From Terriglobia bacterium (GTDB lineage: Bacteria; Acidobacteriota; Terriglobia; Acidiferrales; UBA7541), in contig OY968796.1 of the NCBI GenBank assembly GCA_963695545.1, forward strand, positions 4,000,001 through 4,064,000: 64,000 nt of DNA, read 5' to 3'. Positions 1 through 10,188 of this stretch are shown here, in pieces (positions within the stretch are counted from its first letter, which is position 1; the number at the start of each line of letters is the position of its first letter). The position numbers and the translations under genes are program-made. The notes below the pieces were generated by a model that saw nothing but the letters and a program-made list of their open reading frames with translations, ran no database searches and was not told the DNA's origin.

Positions 1-92
1 AGGGCCCGGCCACCGGAACGAAATTCACGCTGACCATCGCGGAGTTCCGGCCGAAGTGGAACCGCGTTCTCGCGGTCCAAGGCTTGAAGTAA
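1..92 (+). CDS. Possible 3' end of an upstream CDS (partial), function unknown
   Basis: Open frame 3-92 ([29 protein letters not shown]) with GC-rich third positions, followed by a hairpin at 93-111 (ACACGGCA-cac-TGCCGTGT). Confidence 0.35.
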   Translation, partial: GPATGTKFTLTIAEFRPKWNRVLAVQGLK

Positions 93-167
93 ACACGGCA
101 CACTGCCGTGTCCCGAAAAATCCCCGACTGAGTTATCATTAAGCGAGCCGAAAAAGGTGAGCCGCGT

Positions 168-1403
168 ATGAACCGCACGTCCATTCCGTTTGCGACCATC
201 GAGGAAGCCCTCGAAGAAATTCGCCTGGGCCACCAAATCGTTCTGGTGGACGACGAAGACCGCGAAAATGAAGGCGATCTGGCGATGGCCGCCGAGAAAG
301 TGACGCCGGAAGCGATCAACTTCATGGCGAAATTCGGCCGCGGCCTGATTTGCCTGGCGCTGACCGAAGAACGCTGCGACGAACTGCATTTGCCGCCGAT
401 GTCGCCGGTGAACACCTCGAATTACGGCACGGCGTTTTGCGAATCGATCGACGCGCGCCGCGGCACAACCACCGGCATCAGCGCGGCCGACCGCGCGACA
501 ACTATTCTCGCCGCGATCGATCCGGCGACGCGCCCCGCGGATCTAGCTCGCCCCGGCCACGTTTTTCCGCTGCAAGCGCGGCGCGGAGGCGTGCTGGTGC
601 GCGCCGGGCAGACCGAGGCCTCCGTCGATCTCGCGCGCATCTCGGGCCTGTATCCCGCCGCAGTGATTTGCGAAATCATGAACGACGACGGAACCATGGC
701 GCGCTTGCCGCAACTCGCCGAGTTCTGCGCCATCCACGGCCTCAAACTCGTCAGCGTCGCCGACCTCATCCGTTACCGCATGCGCCACGAGCGCTACGTG
801 AGACGCGTGGCCGAAGCCGATCTGCCCACGCGCTGCGGAGCGTTCCGCATGATCGTCTATTCGTCCGACATCGATGGCGCGCAGCACGTCGCGCTGGTGC
901 ACGGAGCGATCGGTGCGGGCGACGAAAGCGCGAGCGAAACCGGGCGCGAAGATCTTTCAAGCCGCGCGCAGCTGGCGCCGCCGCTGGTGCGCGTGCATTC
1001 GCATTGCCTCACCGGCGATGTGTTCGGCTCGATCACCTGCGATTGTCAGGACCTGATCGCGCGATCGCTTGAAGCCATCGCGGCGGAAGGCCGCGGCGTG
1101 TTCGTCTATCTGCATCTTGCGGGCCGGGGCTTCGCGATCGAACCGTCCTCCGCGCACGATGTTTTGCCGCGCGTCCTGTATCACGGCCGCGGCCAAGTCG
1201 AAGCCAATCTCGACCATCAGCGCCAATTGCAGCGCGAAAGCGGCATCGGCGCCCAGATTCTAAGCGACTTGGGCCTCACGACGCTGCGCGTGCTGACAAA
1301 TCATCCGCGCAAACTTGTTGCGCTCGAAGGCTACGGACTGTGCATCGCCGAGCAAGTTCCCATCCCGATCGGCAGTCACCGCACTACGCATCAGCGCTTG
1401 TAA
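168..1403 (+). CDS. ribB: 3,4-dihydroxy-2-butanone-4-phosphate synthase fused to a (probably degenerate) GTP cyclohydrolase II domain
   Basis: DHBP synthase motifs [45 protein letters not shown]-terminal [17 protein letters not shown] and GIGAQIL..LTNHP. Confidence 0.92.
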   Translation: MNRTSIPFATIEEALEEIRLGHQIVLVDDEDRENEGDLAMAAEKVTPEAINFMAKFGRGLICLALTEERCDELHLPPMSPVNTSNYGTAFCESIDARRGTTTGISAADRATTILAAIDPATRPADLARPGHVFPLQARRGGVLVRAGQTEASVDLARISGLYPAAVICEIMNDDGTMARLPQLAEFCAIHGLKLVSVADLIRYRMRHERYVRRVAEADLPTRCGAFRMIVYSSDIDGAQHVALVHGAIGAGDESASETGREDLSSRAQLAPPLVRVHSHCLTGDVFGSITCDCQDLIARSLEAIAAEGRGVFVYLHLAGRGFAIEPSSAHDVLPRVLYHGRGQVEANLDHQRQLQRESGIGAQILSDLGLTTLRVLTNHPRKLVALEGYGLCIAEQVPIPIGSHRTTHQRL

Positions 1404-1435
1404 GCCTCCAGGTAATCTTCAAAGGGCTAGCGCAG

Positions 1436-1747
1436 TTACGGCGAGGATGACGCCACCGTTACATACGGCCGAATCGCGTTGAGTTTCCGGCGTGAAATTC
1501 CGCGAATCGCAAGCAAATCTTCCACGCGGCGAAACGGCCCGCTGGTTTTGCGGAAATTAACGATGGCCTGCGCGGTCTTCGGTCCGATCCCCGGAAGTTG
1601 TGCAAGTTGATCGGCGGTTGCGGTGTTCAGGTTGAGCGGCTTTGCCGGCGGTTGCTTTGCGGCGCGTGCCACGCTTGACGAAGCCAAACTCGCCGCGATC
1701 CCGATGACAAATAGGATCAAGCAAATTTCGCGAGCGCACCAACGCAC
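1436..1747 (-). CDS. ComEA-family helix-hairpin-helix DNA-binding protein
   Basis: Signal peptide then LNLNTATADQLAQLPGIGPKTAQAIV..F..VEDLLAIRGI. Confidence 0.88.
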   Translation of the reverse strand: MRWCAREICLILFVIGIAASLASSSVARAAKQPPAKPLNLNTATADQLAQLPGIGPKTAQAIVNFRKTSGPFRRVEDLLAIRGISRRKLNAIRPYVTVASSSP

Positions 1748-1808
1748 GGCAAATTCCTCAATTCATTCCCGCGACGCGTTCCCGAAACGCCCGCGCCGCT
1801 GCCTCGAG

Positions 1809-3191
1809 CTAGAGGCGGTTCCCCTGCGGGTCAAAAATCTCAACCGGACCGAAGAGCGCCGCTTGCGATTCGATATGCGCGCGGTCGCCGACGACAACGA
1901 TCTGGGCGTTCGCGGAATCGAAATAGCGGCGCGCGGCTTCGAGCACGTCGTCGGCAGTGAGCGCCTGCATGCGCGCGCGGTAGGTCTCGAGATAATCGTC
2001 GGGCATTTCTTCAAGCAGCACGCCGCCCAGTTGCCCGGCAATGCCGTCTTGCGTGCCCAATCCCAGCGAGAACGTTCCGGCTAGATAATTCCGCGCGTCG
2101 GCGAGTTCTTCATCGCTGACGCGCAGCGAGCGGATGCGATCAAGCTCGTAGAATATTTCGGAAAGCGTCGCCGCGACGACTTCGCCGCGCACCGCGGCGC
2201 TGACGCTGAAATAACCATGCTGCCGCAACGCGTGCAGCGCGCTGCGCGGGCTGTAGGTGTAACCCTTTTGCTCGCGGATATTCAGCACGAGCCGCGAATG
2301 AAACGCTCCGCCGTAAATCGCGTTCGCGAGAGTAGCGCGCTGCCAATCGGGACTCTTGCGCGTGATCGCGTGATTGCCGACGGTGATCTGCGCTTGCACC
2401 GCGCCCGGCAGATGAACCACGTAAACGCGCCGGCCATGAATTTCCGGCAGCGGCGGATCGGCCGCGGCATCGGGCGCTGCGCCTTGCCAGGCGCCGAAGC
2501 TGCGCTCGACCTGCGCGCGCATTTCGGCAGCATCGAAATCGCCGACGAGCACGAGCAACGCGTTCGCCGGCCGATAATTGCGCCGGTAGAATTCGGGGAG
2601 TTGCGCCAAGCGATACGATTCCACTTGTGCTTCGGTGGGCGCGACCGTCGCGTACGGATGTTTTCCGAAAAGCACTTTGCGGATGCGTTCGCCTGCAAGA
2701 AAACCCGGCGTGGTGCGCTCGATGCGCAGGCCTTCGAGCAATTGACGGCGCTCGCGCTCGAATTCGGCTTCGGGAAATGACGCTTGCGCGGCGAGTTCCG
2801 CGACCAATTGCAGCAGCGGCTCCCGGTGATCCGCGAGTCCCGCAAACGAGATCACGCTGGTATCGGCCGACGACCCGCTTGAAAGATCGGCGCCCATTCC
2901 GCGCAGAGCCTCTTCGATCTGTTGGCTGTTGCGCAGCGCGGTCCCCGTGCGCAAAACCGAGGCCGTGATTCCGGCAAGGCCGGGCTCGGATGCGGCGGTC
3001 GCCGCGGCGTTACCGCTGCGGAAATAAAGTTGTCCGTTGAATTTCGGAATCGTGTGCGATTCCACGAGCGCGATTTCGAGTCCGTTCGCGAGGCGCGCGC
3101 GGGATTGCCGCGGCCAAACCACCGGCCGCTCGGGGCCGAGCGCGGGAATGTGGGGCGAAAGCGCTTCTGCCGCGGTAGCGTTGGCCATCAC
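1809..3191 (-). CDS. M16 (pitrilysin-family) peptidase, non-catalytic subunit
   Basis: LANGL N-terminus, no HxxEH, SRLVLNIREQKGYTY R/Y motif; overlaps the upstream M16 gene by 4 nt. Confidence 0.88.
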   Translation of the reverse strand: MMANATAAEALSPHIPALGPERPVVWPRQSRARLANGLEIALVESHTIPKFNGQLYFRSGNAAATAASEPGLAGITASVLRTGTALRNSQQIEEALRGMGADLSSGSSADTSVISFAGLADHREPLLQLVAELAAQASFPEAEFERERRQLLEGLRIERTTPGFLAGERIRKVLFGKHPYATVAPTEAQVESYRLAQLPEFYRRNYRPANALLVLVGDFDAAEMRAQVERSFGAWQGAAPDAAADPPLPEIHGRRVYVVHLPGAVQAQITVGNHAITRKSPDWQRATLANAIYGGAFHSRLVLNIREQKGYTYSPRSALHALRQHGYFSVSAAVRGEVVAATLSEIFYELDRIRSLRVSDEELADARNYLAGTFSLGLGTQDGIAGQLGGVLLEEMPDDYLETYRARMQALTADDVLEAARRYFDSANAQIVVVGDRAHIESQAALFGPVEIFDPQGNRL

Positions 3192-4504
3192 GCGCCTTCC
3201 TTCGTCACTGGATTCCGATAGACGACTGAGCGTTCCGCCGGCGCGAGATACTTGTTCGCTACGGCCTGCACCGCTGCCGGCGTGACTTCGAGAAATCCAC
3301 TCAGCACCGTGTTCACAAGTTGCGGCTGGTTATCAAACAGCGTGAAGCAAGCCATGCAATGCATCAACCCGTAGCGCGGAATGTGGCTCCCATGGCCGCC
3401 TTCGAGCATCGAGTAGTAGTCGGATCGGAATTTGGTCTTGAGCTGCTCGAGTTCGGCCTTGCCGATTCCCTTCTCTTTCACTTCATCGAGCACTTTCTGA
3501 AGCTCGGCCAAGGTTTCCTCCGCGGAATGCTCCGGCTTGTACAGAATGCGCGTCACCATCAGCGTCGGGCCGTTGTAATCGAACAGATCGCCTACGGGAT
3601 AGTTGATTCCGCCTTCGGCGTCCACGGCAATTTGCCGCTCGAGCACCAAGCGGCGATAGACGCGCCCGGCGCGCCCGCCGTGCAGCGCCTGATCGAGCAT
3701 CGCTGCGGCGTACCAATCGGGAGTGAGGCGGCGCGGCGCGGGATAACCGACGGCGAGGCCAGGCAACGTTCCGAATTTTTCTTCGACGACGCCGCTGCGT
3801 TCCGCGATCTGCGGCGGCTCGCTGACATCTGCCTGCGGTGCGGCCGGGCCAGCAGGAACGGAGCCGAAGTGGCGCTCGGCGAGTTTGAAACCTTCCTCGG
3901 GTGACACGTCGCCGAGCATCAAGAGAACAGCGTTCGATGGCGCGTAGTAGGTGCGGAAGAAAGACTGAACGTCGGCAAGCGTTGCGGCATCGAGATCCGC
4001 GAACTCGCCATAAAAATTGTGCGCGTTGGCCCAATTGCGATAGGCGATCGGCGGCAGATCGAGCCACGGAAAACCGCCATAAGGCTGATTGAGCACGTTG
4101 ACGCGAACTTCTTCTTTTACGACGTCGCGCTGGTTACGCAGATTTTCGTCGTCCACCTTGAGCGCCCGCATGCGATCGGCTTCGAGCCACAGGACGCGCT
4201 CAAGCGCGTTTGACGGCACCGATTCGTAGTAATTCGTAACGTCGTAATGCGTCGAGCCGTTCAGCACGCCACCGGAAGAATTGATCAGCCGGATGTGCAC
4301 CATCTTCCCGGCGTTCTCCGAGCCCTGAAACATCATGTGCTCGAACAGATGAGCGAAGCCGCTTCGACCGCGCGGTTCAAGGCGAAAACCGATGTTGTAA
4401 TAGACGCCGACGGTGGCGATTGGGGCGCTGCGGTCGGGCGAAATCACCACGCGCAAGCCGTTCGATAGTGACGAAGTCTCGATCGGAAACTGCAGATTGG
4501 TCAA
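3188..4504 (-). CDS. M16 zinc peptidase, catalytic subunit
   Basis: GFAHLFEHMMFQGS (HxxEH), LEADRM, VVKEE. Confidence 0.92.
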   Translation of the reverse strand: MTNLQFPIETSSLSNGLRVVISPDRSAPIATVGVYYNIGFRLEPRGRSGFAHLFEHMMFQGSENAGKMVHIRLINSSGGVLNGSTHYDVTNYYESVPSNALERVLWLEADRMRALKVDDENLRNQRDVVKEEVRVNVLNQPYGGFPWLDLPPIAYRNWANAHNFYGEFADLDAATLADVQSFFRTYYAPSNAVLLMLGDVSPEEGFKLAERHFGSVPAGPAAPQADVSEPPQIAERSGVVEEKFGTLPGLAVGYPAPRRLTPDWYAAAMLDQALHGGRAGRVYRRLVLERQIAVDAEGGINYPVGDLFDYNGPTLMVTRILYKPEHSAEETLAELQKVLDEVKEKGIGKAELEQLKTKFRSDYYSMLEGGHGSHIPRYGLMHCMACFTLFDNQPQLVNTVLSGFLEVTPAAVQAVANKYLAPAERSVVYRNPVTKEGA

Positions 4505-4521
4505 CTTTTCTCCCCTCCGAC

Positions 4522-5424
4522 TTAATTATTCTCGCCGACCGCGGCCGCAAACGCGAGCGGGCGGGCGCGGCCGCGGCTGCGCGAATTCTTTGGCGCGCCG
4601 GTTTCGGCAAGCGATACTCGCAAGCGCTCAAGCGCGACAAAGGCTTCGCGATACGTGCGCGGGAACCGCAGCAGCGCGCGTTGCGCGAGAGCAATCCTCT
4701 GTGCGCGGCGTGCGCGCGATGGACCGTGACCCACTGAATGCGGTCCCAAACGCATTACGCAGTCCAGCGTTCGCCGCGCCAATGGATCAAGCACGCGCGT
4801 CGCCCGGCGCCGCGTGAGGCCCTCGGCCATCAGAATCCGCGTCGCTGTCTCGAACGAAGCGGCCAGAAGCGGCGAGACGAAAGATCGCGCGGCATGGCAG
4901 GCGGTTTTTCCACTGGTCGGAATGCTCAAGGGCACGCCGCCCAAGTCGCGACACACCCGCCGCGCCGCACGCATGGCTGTCGGGTTGCCTTCGATCTCAA
5001 AGAAGCATCCCTCAAGCGGCGTTATGCCGCGCTGGCTAAAAACCTGCACCGGATACATCGCGCCCGTGGCCGCTCCGCATTCGGCGAGCGGCTGAAGCGC
5101 CCGCGAATCCAAGCGCCCGCTCGCGTGCAGCACTATCCTGCCGCGCCATTCCTCGCCGCCCATCTCGGCGAGACGCATGGCTATGCCAGCAATCTCAGGG
5201 TCAGGAGCGCAAATCAGCACCAGATCCACCGCCAGAAGTTGTCGCGTTAACTCGGCATGCGGCTGTCCATCGCCGATGGCGCGAATCGCATGGCGCGCCG
5301 TTGCCAGCCGACGCGTCACGACCGGCCCCACGCGCCAACCCGCGACACGCAGCCCGTGCCCCAACGCGAGTCCCACGCGGCCGGCACCGACAATCCCGAC
5401 CGTGAGCGTACCGTGTGTTAGCAT
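4522..5424 (-). CDS. Rossmann-like / DUF2520 oxidoreductase-family protein
   Basis: GIVGAGRVG dinucleotide-binding motif, APD, HASG. Confidence 0.75.
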   Translation of the reverse strand: MLTHGTLTVGIVGAGRVGLALGHGLRVAGWRVGPVVTRRLATARHAIRAIGDGQPHAELTRQLLAVDLVLICAPDPEIAGIAMRLAEMGGEEWRGRIVLHASGRLDSRALQPLAECGAATGAMYPVQVFSQRGITPLEGCFFEIEGNPTAMRAARRVCRDLGGVPLSIPTSGKTACHAARSFVSPLLAASFETATRILMAEGLTRRRATRVLDPLARRTLDCVMRLGPHSVGHGPSRARRAQRIALAQRALLRFPRTYREAFVALERLRVSLAETGAPKNSRSRGRARPLAFAAAVGENN

Positions 5425-5461
5425 AACGTGTCGGTGACTCCCGCGACCAGGTCCTTCACTC

Positions 5462-6616
5462 TTGCATATACTCTGGACCGTCTACTTCGGATTAGACGCT
5501 TTATGCTCGATCATCGGAGCGGCCCTTTGCGGCTTGGGACTGCGCCAATTGCCGTGGCTCAAGCGCACTGAGCCGTTGCGAAGCGATCACGCTCCCTCGA
5601 TTTCCATAATTTTTGCGGCTCGGGATGAAGCTGAAAAATTGGCGAAGGCGCTCCCGACCCTTCTGGACCAAAACTATCCAGATTACGAAGTGCTTGCCGT
5701 CAACGATCGATCACGCGACGCGACTCTAGACATTCTCAACCAATTTGCGCGCGCAAGCAAACGCCTTCGCGTGCTGGACGTGACCGAGCTGCCGCCGGGC
5801 TGGCTCGGAAAAACGCACGCGCTCGACGCCGGATACCACGCGGCGCGCGGCGAGTGGCTGGTCTTCACCGATGCGGACGTGTCGTTCTCTCCCGACGTGT
5901 TGTCGCGCGCCATGGCCTTGGCTACGGAGCGCGGATGGGACCACTTGACGCTGCTGGCAGGAATCGAGATGCACGGCGTGTGGGAGATTGCGGCGGTCAG
6001 TTACTTCGGCTTGGTGTTCGTGGCCGGAAATGGGATCTGGCACACCAATCGGCCGAACTCGCGCGCGTACAACGGCGTCGGCGCATTCCAACTCGTGCGG
6101 CGCGAGGCGTACGAACGCGCCGGCGGTCACAAGCGTCTGGCGCTCGATGTGATCGACGATATGAAGCTGGGCAAAATCGTCAAGCTCGCCGGATTTCGCT
6201 CGGGCACGGGCATCGCGTTCGACGAAGTGCGCGTGCGATGGCAGGCGGGGCTGCGAAACGTAATCGCCGGCGTCACCAAGAACATGTTCGCCGCAGTTGG
6301 ATACAACGCCGCGTTCGCCGGCGCGGCGATGATGGTTCCGCTGGCGTTCAGTATCGGCCCGCTCGCCGGCGTGATTCTGGCGACGGGCTGGGCGCGCGTG
6401 TTCGCGGGCATCGCGCTTGCCGCCGTGCTCGGGATGCACGGCTTCACTCTGGCCAGCGCGGGGAGATCGCCGCTCTACGCGCTGACGAATCCAATCGGGG
6501 CCATTCTGTTCGATTGGATGCTGCTGCGCTCGACGGTCGTCACGCTCTGGCAGGGCGGCGTGAAATGGCGCGACACTTTTTATCCGCTCGACGAACTGCG
6601 CAAGAACATGGTGTGA
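5462..6616 (+). CDS. Membrane glycosyltransferase family 2 (HpnB/CrtQ-like)
   Basis: AARDE, NDRSRDAT, GWLGK, FTDAD, IDDMKL, C-terminal TM helices and WRDT. Confidence 0.85.
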   Translation: MHILWTVYFGLDALCSIIGAALCGLGLRQLPWLKRTEPLRSDHAPSISIIFAARDEAEKLAKALPTLLDQNYPDYEVLAVNDRSRDATLDILNQFARASKRLRVLDVTELPPGWLGKTHALDAGYHAARGEWLVFTDADVSFSPDVLSRAMALATERGWDHLTLLAGIEMHGVWEIAAVSYFGLVFVAGNGIWHTNRPNSRAYNGVGAFQLVRREAYERAGGHKRLALDVIDDMKLGKIVKLAGFRSGTGIAFDEVRVRWQAGLRNVIAGVTKNMFAAVGYNAAFAGAAMMVPLAFSIGPLAGVILATGWARVFAGIALAAVLGMHGFTLASAGRSPLYALTNPIGAILFDWMLLRSTVVTLWQGGVKWRDTFYPLDELRKNMV

Positions 6617-6660
6617 GCAGGACATTCTAAGCAACGCGTTCCGCGCGGGCCGGGCATTCT

Positions 6661-8697
6661 TCACGTTTGCGGCGATGGCGGCTCGGGCGCGGCCGGCGGC
6701 GGCAAAAACAATGAACCGATATCGCGCTGTTTGAGCGCGCGGACGCGATCGCGCAGCGCCGCGGCGCGCTCGAATTCAAATTTCTTGGCGGCTTCGCGCA
6801 TTTGCTCTTCGAGTTTCCCGATGGCGTGGCGAAGCTGCTCCTCGGTCACGATATTCTCGTCCACAAAATCCTCGGCGGGCACGTTGAGGTAATCGGCATC
6901 GACGATGCGAGCCAGCTTCATATCCACGCTCCTGATGATGGATAGCGGCGTGATGTGGTGCTCCGCGTTGTAGGCGAGCTGCTTGTCGCGGCGGCGGCTC
7001 GTTTCATCGATGGCCTGGCGCATCGAGCCGGTCATTACGTCCGCATATAGGATGGAGCGGCCTTCGACGTGCCGCGCGCAGCGGCCCATGGTTTGAATCA
7101 GCGCGGTTGCGCTGCGCAGATAGCCTTCCTTGTCGGCGTCCAAAATCGCCACCAAAGAAACTTCGGGCAGATCGAGGCCTTCGCGCAGCAGATTGATGCC
7201 GATCAGCACGTCGAATTCGCCGCGGCGCAGATCGCGCAGGATGCGCACGCGCTCGAGCGTTTCGATCTCGGAGTGCAGATAGCGGCAGCGCACGCCGACT
7301 TCGGCGAAATATTCCGCAAGATCCTCGGACATGCGTTTGGTGAGCGTTGTGACGAGCACGCGCTCGTTGCGCGCGGCGCGCACGCGAATTTCTTCGAGCA
7401 AATCGTCGACTTGGCCCTTCACGGGACGCACCTCGACTTGCGGGTCGACAAGGCCGGTCGGCCGAATCACTTGCTCGATGACGGCGCCCGCCGTTCGGGT
7501 CAATTCGTACGGACCGGGCGTGGCGGAAACGTAGACCACCTGATTGGTGCGATGCTCGAACTCCTCGAACGTGAGCGGACGATTGTCCAGCGCCGAGGGC
7601 ATGCGAAAGCCGTAATCGACCAGCGTTTGCTTTCGCGAGCGATCGCCTTTGTACATGCCGTTCAACTGCGGAATGCTCTGGTGCGATTCGTCCACGAACA
7701 GCAAATAGTCCTGCGGAACGTAATCGAGCAGCGTCGGCGGCGCTTCGCCGGGCAGTCGCCCCGAAAGATGGCGCGAATAATTTTCCACGCCGTGGCAATA
7801 TCCGATCGTGCGCATCATCTCGACGTCGAAACGCGTGCGCTGCCAGAGGCGCTGCGCTTCGACGAACTTGCCCTGCTTTTCCAGTTCGGCCTTCCACCAA
7901 TCGAGCTCTTCGAGGATCGAAACGATGGCGCGCTCGCGCTGCGCGGCGGGCAGCACGTAATGTGATTTCGGATAGATCGCCAGACGCGAGAGATTTTCCG
8001 TGCCGTGCAGCGCGCCGGTCAGCGGATCCATCGGGCGAATGGCTTCCACTTGCTCGCCCCAAAGCTCGATGCGATAGGCCAAGTCTTCGTATGGCGGATA
8101 TATTTCGATGGTGTCGCCGCGCACGCGAAATGTTCCGCGGCGTAAATCCTCGGAGCGCTCGTACTGAATGTCCACAAGTTTGCGCAGGATGGCATCGCGC
8201 GAAAAAATCTTGCCGGTCTCGATGGTGGCCGACATGGCGAAATAGGCGTCCGGCGATCCGAGACCGTAGATGCAGGAGACGGAGGCGACCACGATGACGT
8301 CGCGCCGCTCGAAGAGCGAGCGCGTGGCGCTCATGCGCAATTTGTCGAGTTCGTCGTTGATCGTGGACTCTTTTTCGATGTAGGTGTCCGACGCGGGCAA
8401 ATAGGCTTCGGGCATGTAGTAGTCGTAATAGCTGACGAAATACTCGACGGCGTTCTGCGGAAAAAAGCTCTTGAATTCGCTGTAGAGCTGCGCCGCGAGG
8501 GTTTTGTTGTGCGCGAGAACGATCGAGGGGCGATTGGCCGCGGCGATCACTTTGGCCATGGTGAAGGTTTTGCCCGAGCCGGTTACGCCGAGCAGGACCT
8601 GATGCTTCTCGCCGCTTTCTAAGCCGCGCACGAGTTGCTCGATGGCTTGGGGCTGATCGCCCTGAGGTTCGTAATCGCTGCTGAGTTTGAAATTCAT
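6661..8697 (-). CDS. uvrB: Excinuclease ABC subunit B
   Basis: [36 protein letters not shown]-terminal UVR domain (FERAAALRD); start taken at ATG 8697. Confidence 0.98.
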   Translation of the reverse strand: MNFKLSSDYEPQGDQPQAIEQLVRGLESGEKHQVLLGVTGSGKTFTMAKVIAAANRPSIVLAHNKTLAAQLYSEFKSFFPQNAVEYFVSYYDYYMPEAYLPASDTYIEKESTINDELDKLRMSATRSLFERRDVIVVASVSCIYGLGSPDAYFAMSATIETGKIFSRDAILRKLVDIQYERSEDLRRGTFRVRGDTIEIYPPYEDLAYRIELWGEQVEAIRPMDPLTGALHGTENLSRLAIYPKSHYVLPAAQRERAIVSILEELDWWKAELEKQGKFVEAQRLWQRTRFDVEMMRTIGYCHGVENYSRHLSGRLPGEAPPTLLDYVPQDYLLFVDESHQSIPQLNGMYKGDRSRKQTLVDYGFRMPSALDNRPLTFEEFEHRTNQVVYVSATPGPYELTRTAGAVIEQVIRPTGLVDPQVEVRPVKGQVDDLLEEIRVRAARNERVLVTTLTKRMSEDLAEYFAEVGVRCRYLHSEIETLERVRILRDLRRGEFDVLIGINLLREGLDLPEVSLVAILDADKEGYLRSATALIQTMGRCARHVEGRSILYADVMTGSMRQAIDETSRRRDKQLAYNAEHHITPLSIIRSVDMKLARIVDADYLNVPAEDFVDENIVTEEQLRHAIGKLEEQMREAAKKFEFERAAALRDRVRALKQRDIGSLFLPPPAAPEPPSPQT

Positions 8698-8873
8698 GTG
8701 GTCTGGTCGCACAGTGCGGCCCGATGGGGCCGCCAAAACTCTTTATTTTACCGCGAAAATTCCCGCTTGCATACCCGTCGCACACACGTGAATTTGTGGC
8801 GCCACGGCAGGCGATGGGGGTTGTGTAGCCGCCACTGGCCACGCCAGAATAGGCCAGCGGCGCGATTTCGCTG

Positions 8874-9989
8874 TCAGGCGTAGGAAATTGTGTTCAGGCT
8901 GCCGGCCATTAGATTGATTTCAGTGTGCACGCTCGAGAATTTGTCGGCCATTTCCTCGAAAGTGATTTCCTGATCGCCCTGTGAGCCGATGAGCACGACT
9001 TCGTCGCCCAGGCGCGCTTCGGAGGCGAGATCGGTGACATCGATGGTAAGAACGTTTAGAGAGACGCGTCCAATCACGGGGCAGCGCTGGCCGTGGATCA
9101 GGACGATGCCCTTGTTGAATAGCGCGCGAGGATAGCCTTCGCCGAAGCCGACGGGCAACGATGCGATTTTGGTGTCGCGCGCGGTGGTGAAGAGGCCGCC
9201 GTAGCCAACCGTGCGGCCTTTCGGGACGTCGCGCAACTGGGCAATCCAGGTGCGGAAAGACATCACGGGTTTGAGCTCGGCGGGATTCTCGAATTCGCGC
9301 GATGTGCGCACGCCGTAGCACGCGGCGCCGACGCGGACCATGCCGCGGCGTTGCCCGCTGAGTCGCATGGTCGCCGCGCTATTGTGCGTGTGAACCAGCA
9401 CGTCGTCCGGCAAGGCGAGTTCGGCGCAGAAGCGCTCCATGCGCTCAAGCTGCGCGCTGGTCAGCGCGAGCGAGTTCGCGTCGGCCGTGGGGAAATGGGT
9501 CATGATGCCGGCGATGCGCAGGCCGGGCAATTTCATCACGTTGCGGATCGTGTCGATTTGCTCGGGGAAAAAACCGCTTCTGCCCATGCCCGTATCGATG
9601 TCGAGATGGACGGGGACGCGTCGGCCGCGGCGCACTCCGGCGGCGGACAAGTAAGACGCTGCCTCCGAGCTGCCGACCTGTTCTTCAATTTCGAGATCAC
9701 GAACCGACTCCTCCATTTCGGCCTCGAGTGCCATTCTCAGGCGGAGTAACGGAACTTTGAGGCCAAGACGGCGAACGGTCTCCGCCTCTGGGTTGGTGCA
9801 GATGCCGAGCAGGTCGGCACCAGCGGCGACGGCCACGGGAGCGAGCGCCTCGAGGCCATGGCCGTAGGCATTGGCCTTCATCACGACGCAAAGCTTCGAG
9901 GGAGCGACGAGGCGGCGGATATATTGGATATTGTTGGAGAACTTTTCGCGTGAAACCAAAACTTCGACGTGATGCTGAGCCATCGTCAC
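8874..9989 (-). CDS. PLP-dependent amino-acid racemase (alanine racemase fold, broad-spectrum racemase-like)
   Basis: VMKANAYGHG (PLP lysine), DTGMGRSG, IMTHF, VGYG (catalytic Tyr), GEGYPR. Confidence 0.9.
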   Translation of the reverse strand: MTMAQHHVEVLVSREKFSNNIQYIRRLVAPSKLCVVMKANAYGHGLEALAPVAVAAGADLLGICTNPEAETVRRLGLKVPLLRLRMALEAEMEESVRDLEIEEQVGSSEAASYLSAAGVRRGRRVPVHLDIDTGMGRSGFFPEQIDTIRNVMKLPGLRIAGIMTHFPTADANSLALTSAQLERMERFCAELALPDDVLVHTHNSAATMRLSGQRRGMVRVGAACYGVRTSREFENPAELKPVMSFRTWIAQLRDVPKGRTVGYGGLFTTARDTKIASLPVGFGEGYPRALFNKGIVLIHGQRCPVIGRVSLNVLTIDVTDLASEARLGDEVVLIGSQGDQEITFEEMADKFSSVHTEINLMAGSLNTISYA

Positions 9990-10188
9990 CGACCTCGGGT
10001 GCGGGCTCTACGTGGAGCGCGCCGATAAATTTTCCGCGCCAGTCACTGCGCAAGCTTTTCTGATCGCGAAGTTTTCGGCAATCTTAACGCAGCTTGGCGG
10101 GCGCAGAAAGACCTTACACGATTCCCGAAGTTTCTCAAGGCGGCGGCCGTTCTGCGATGGATCTGCAAGTTGGCCTGTCGCTCGACGG

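Noticed and set aside
93..167. FMN riboswitch upstream of ribBA
   Set aside because: Leader too short and lacks the conserved AGGGCGGGG/GAAATTCCCGACCG elements.
7004..8842. 612-aa alternative-frame ORF
   Set aside because: Overlaps uvrB in another frame; a typical high-GC artefact.
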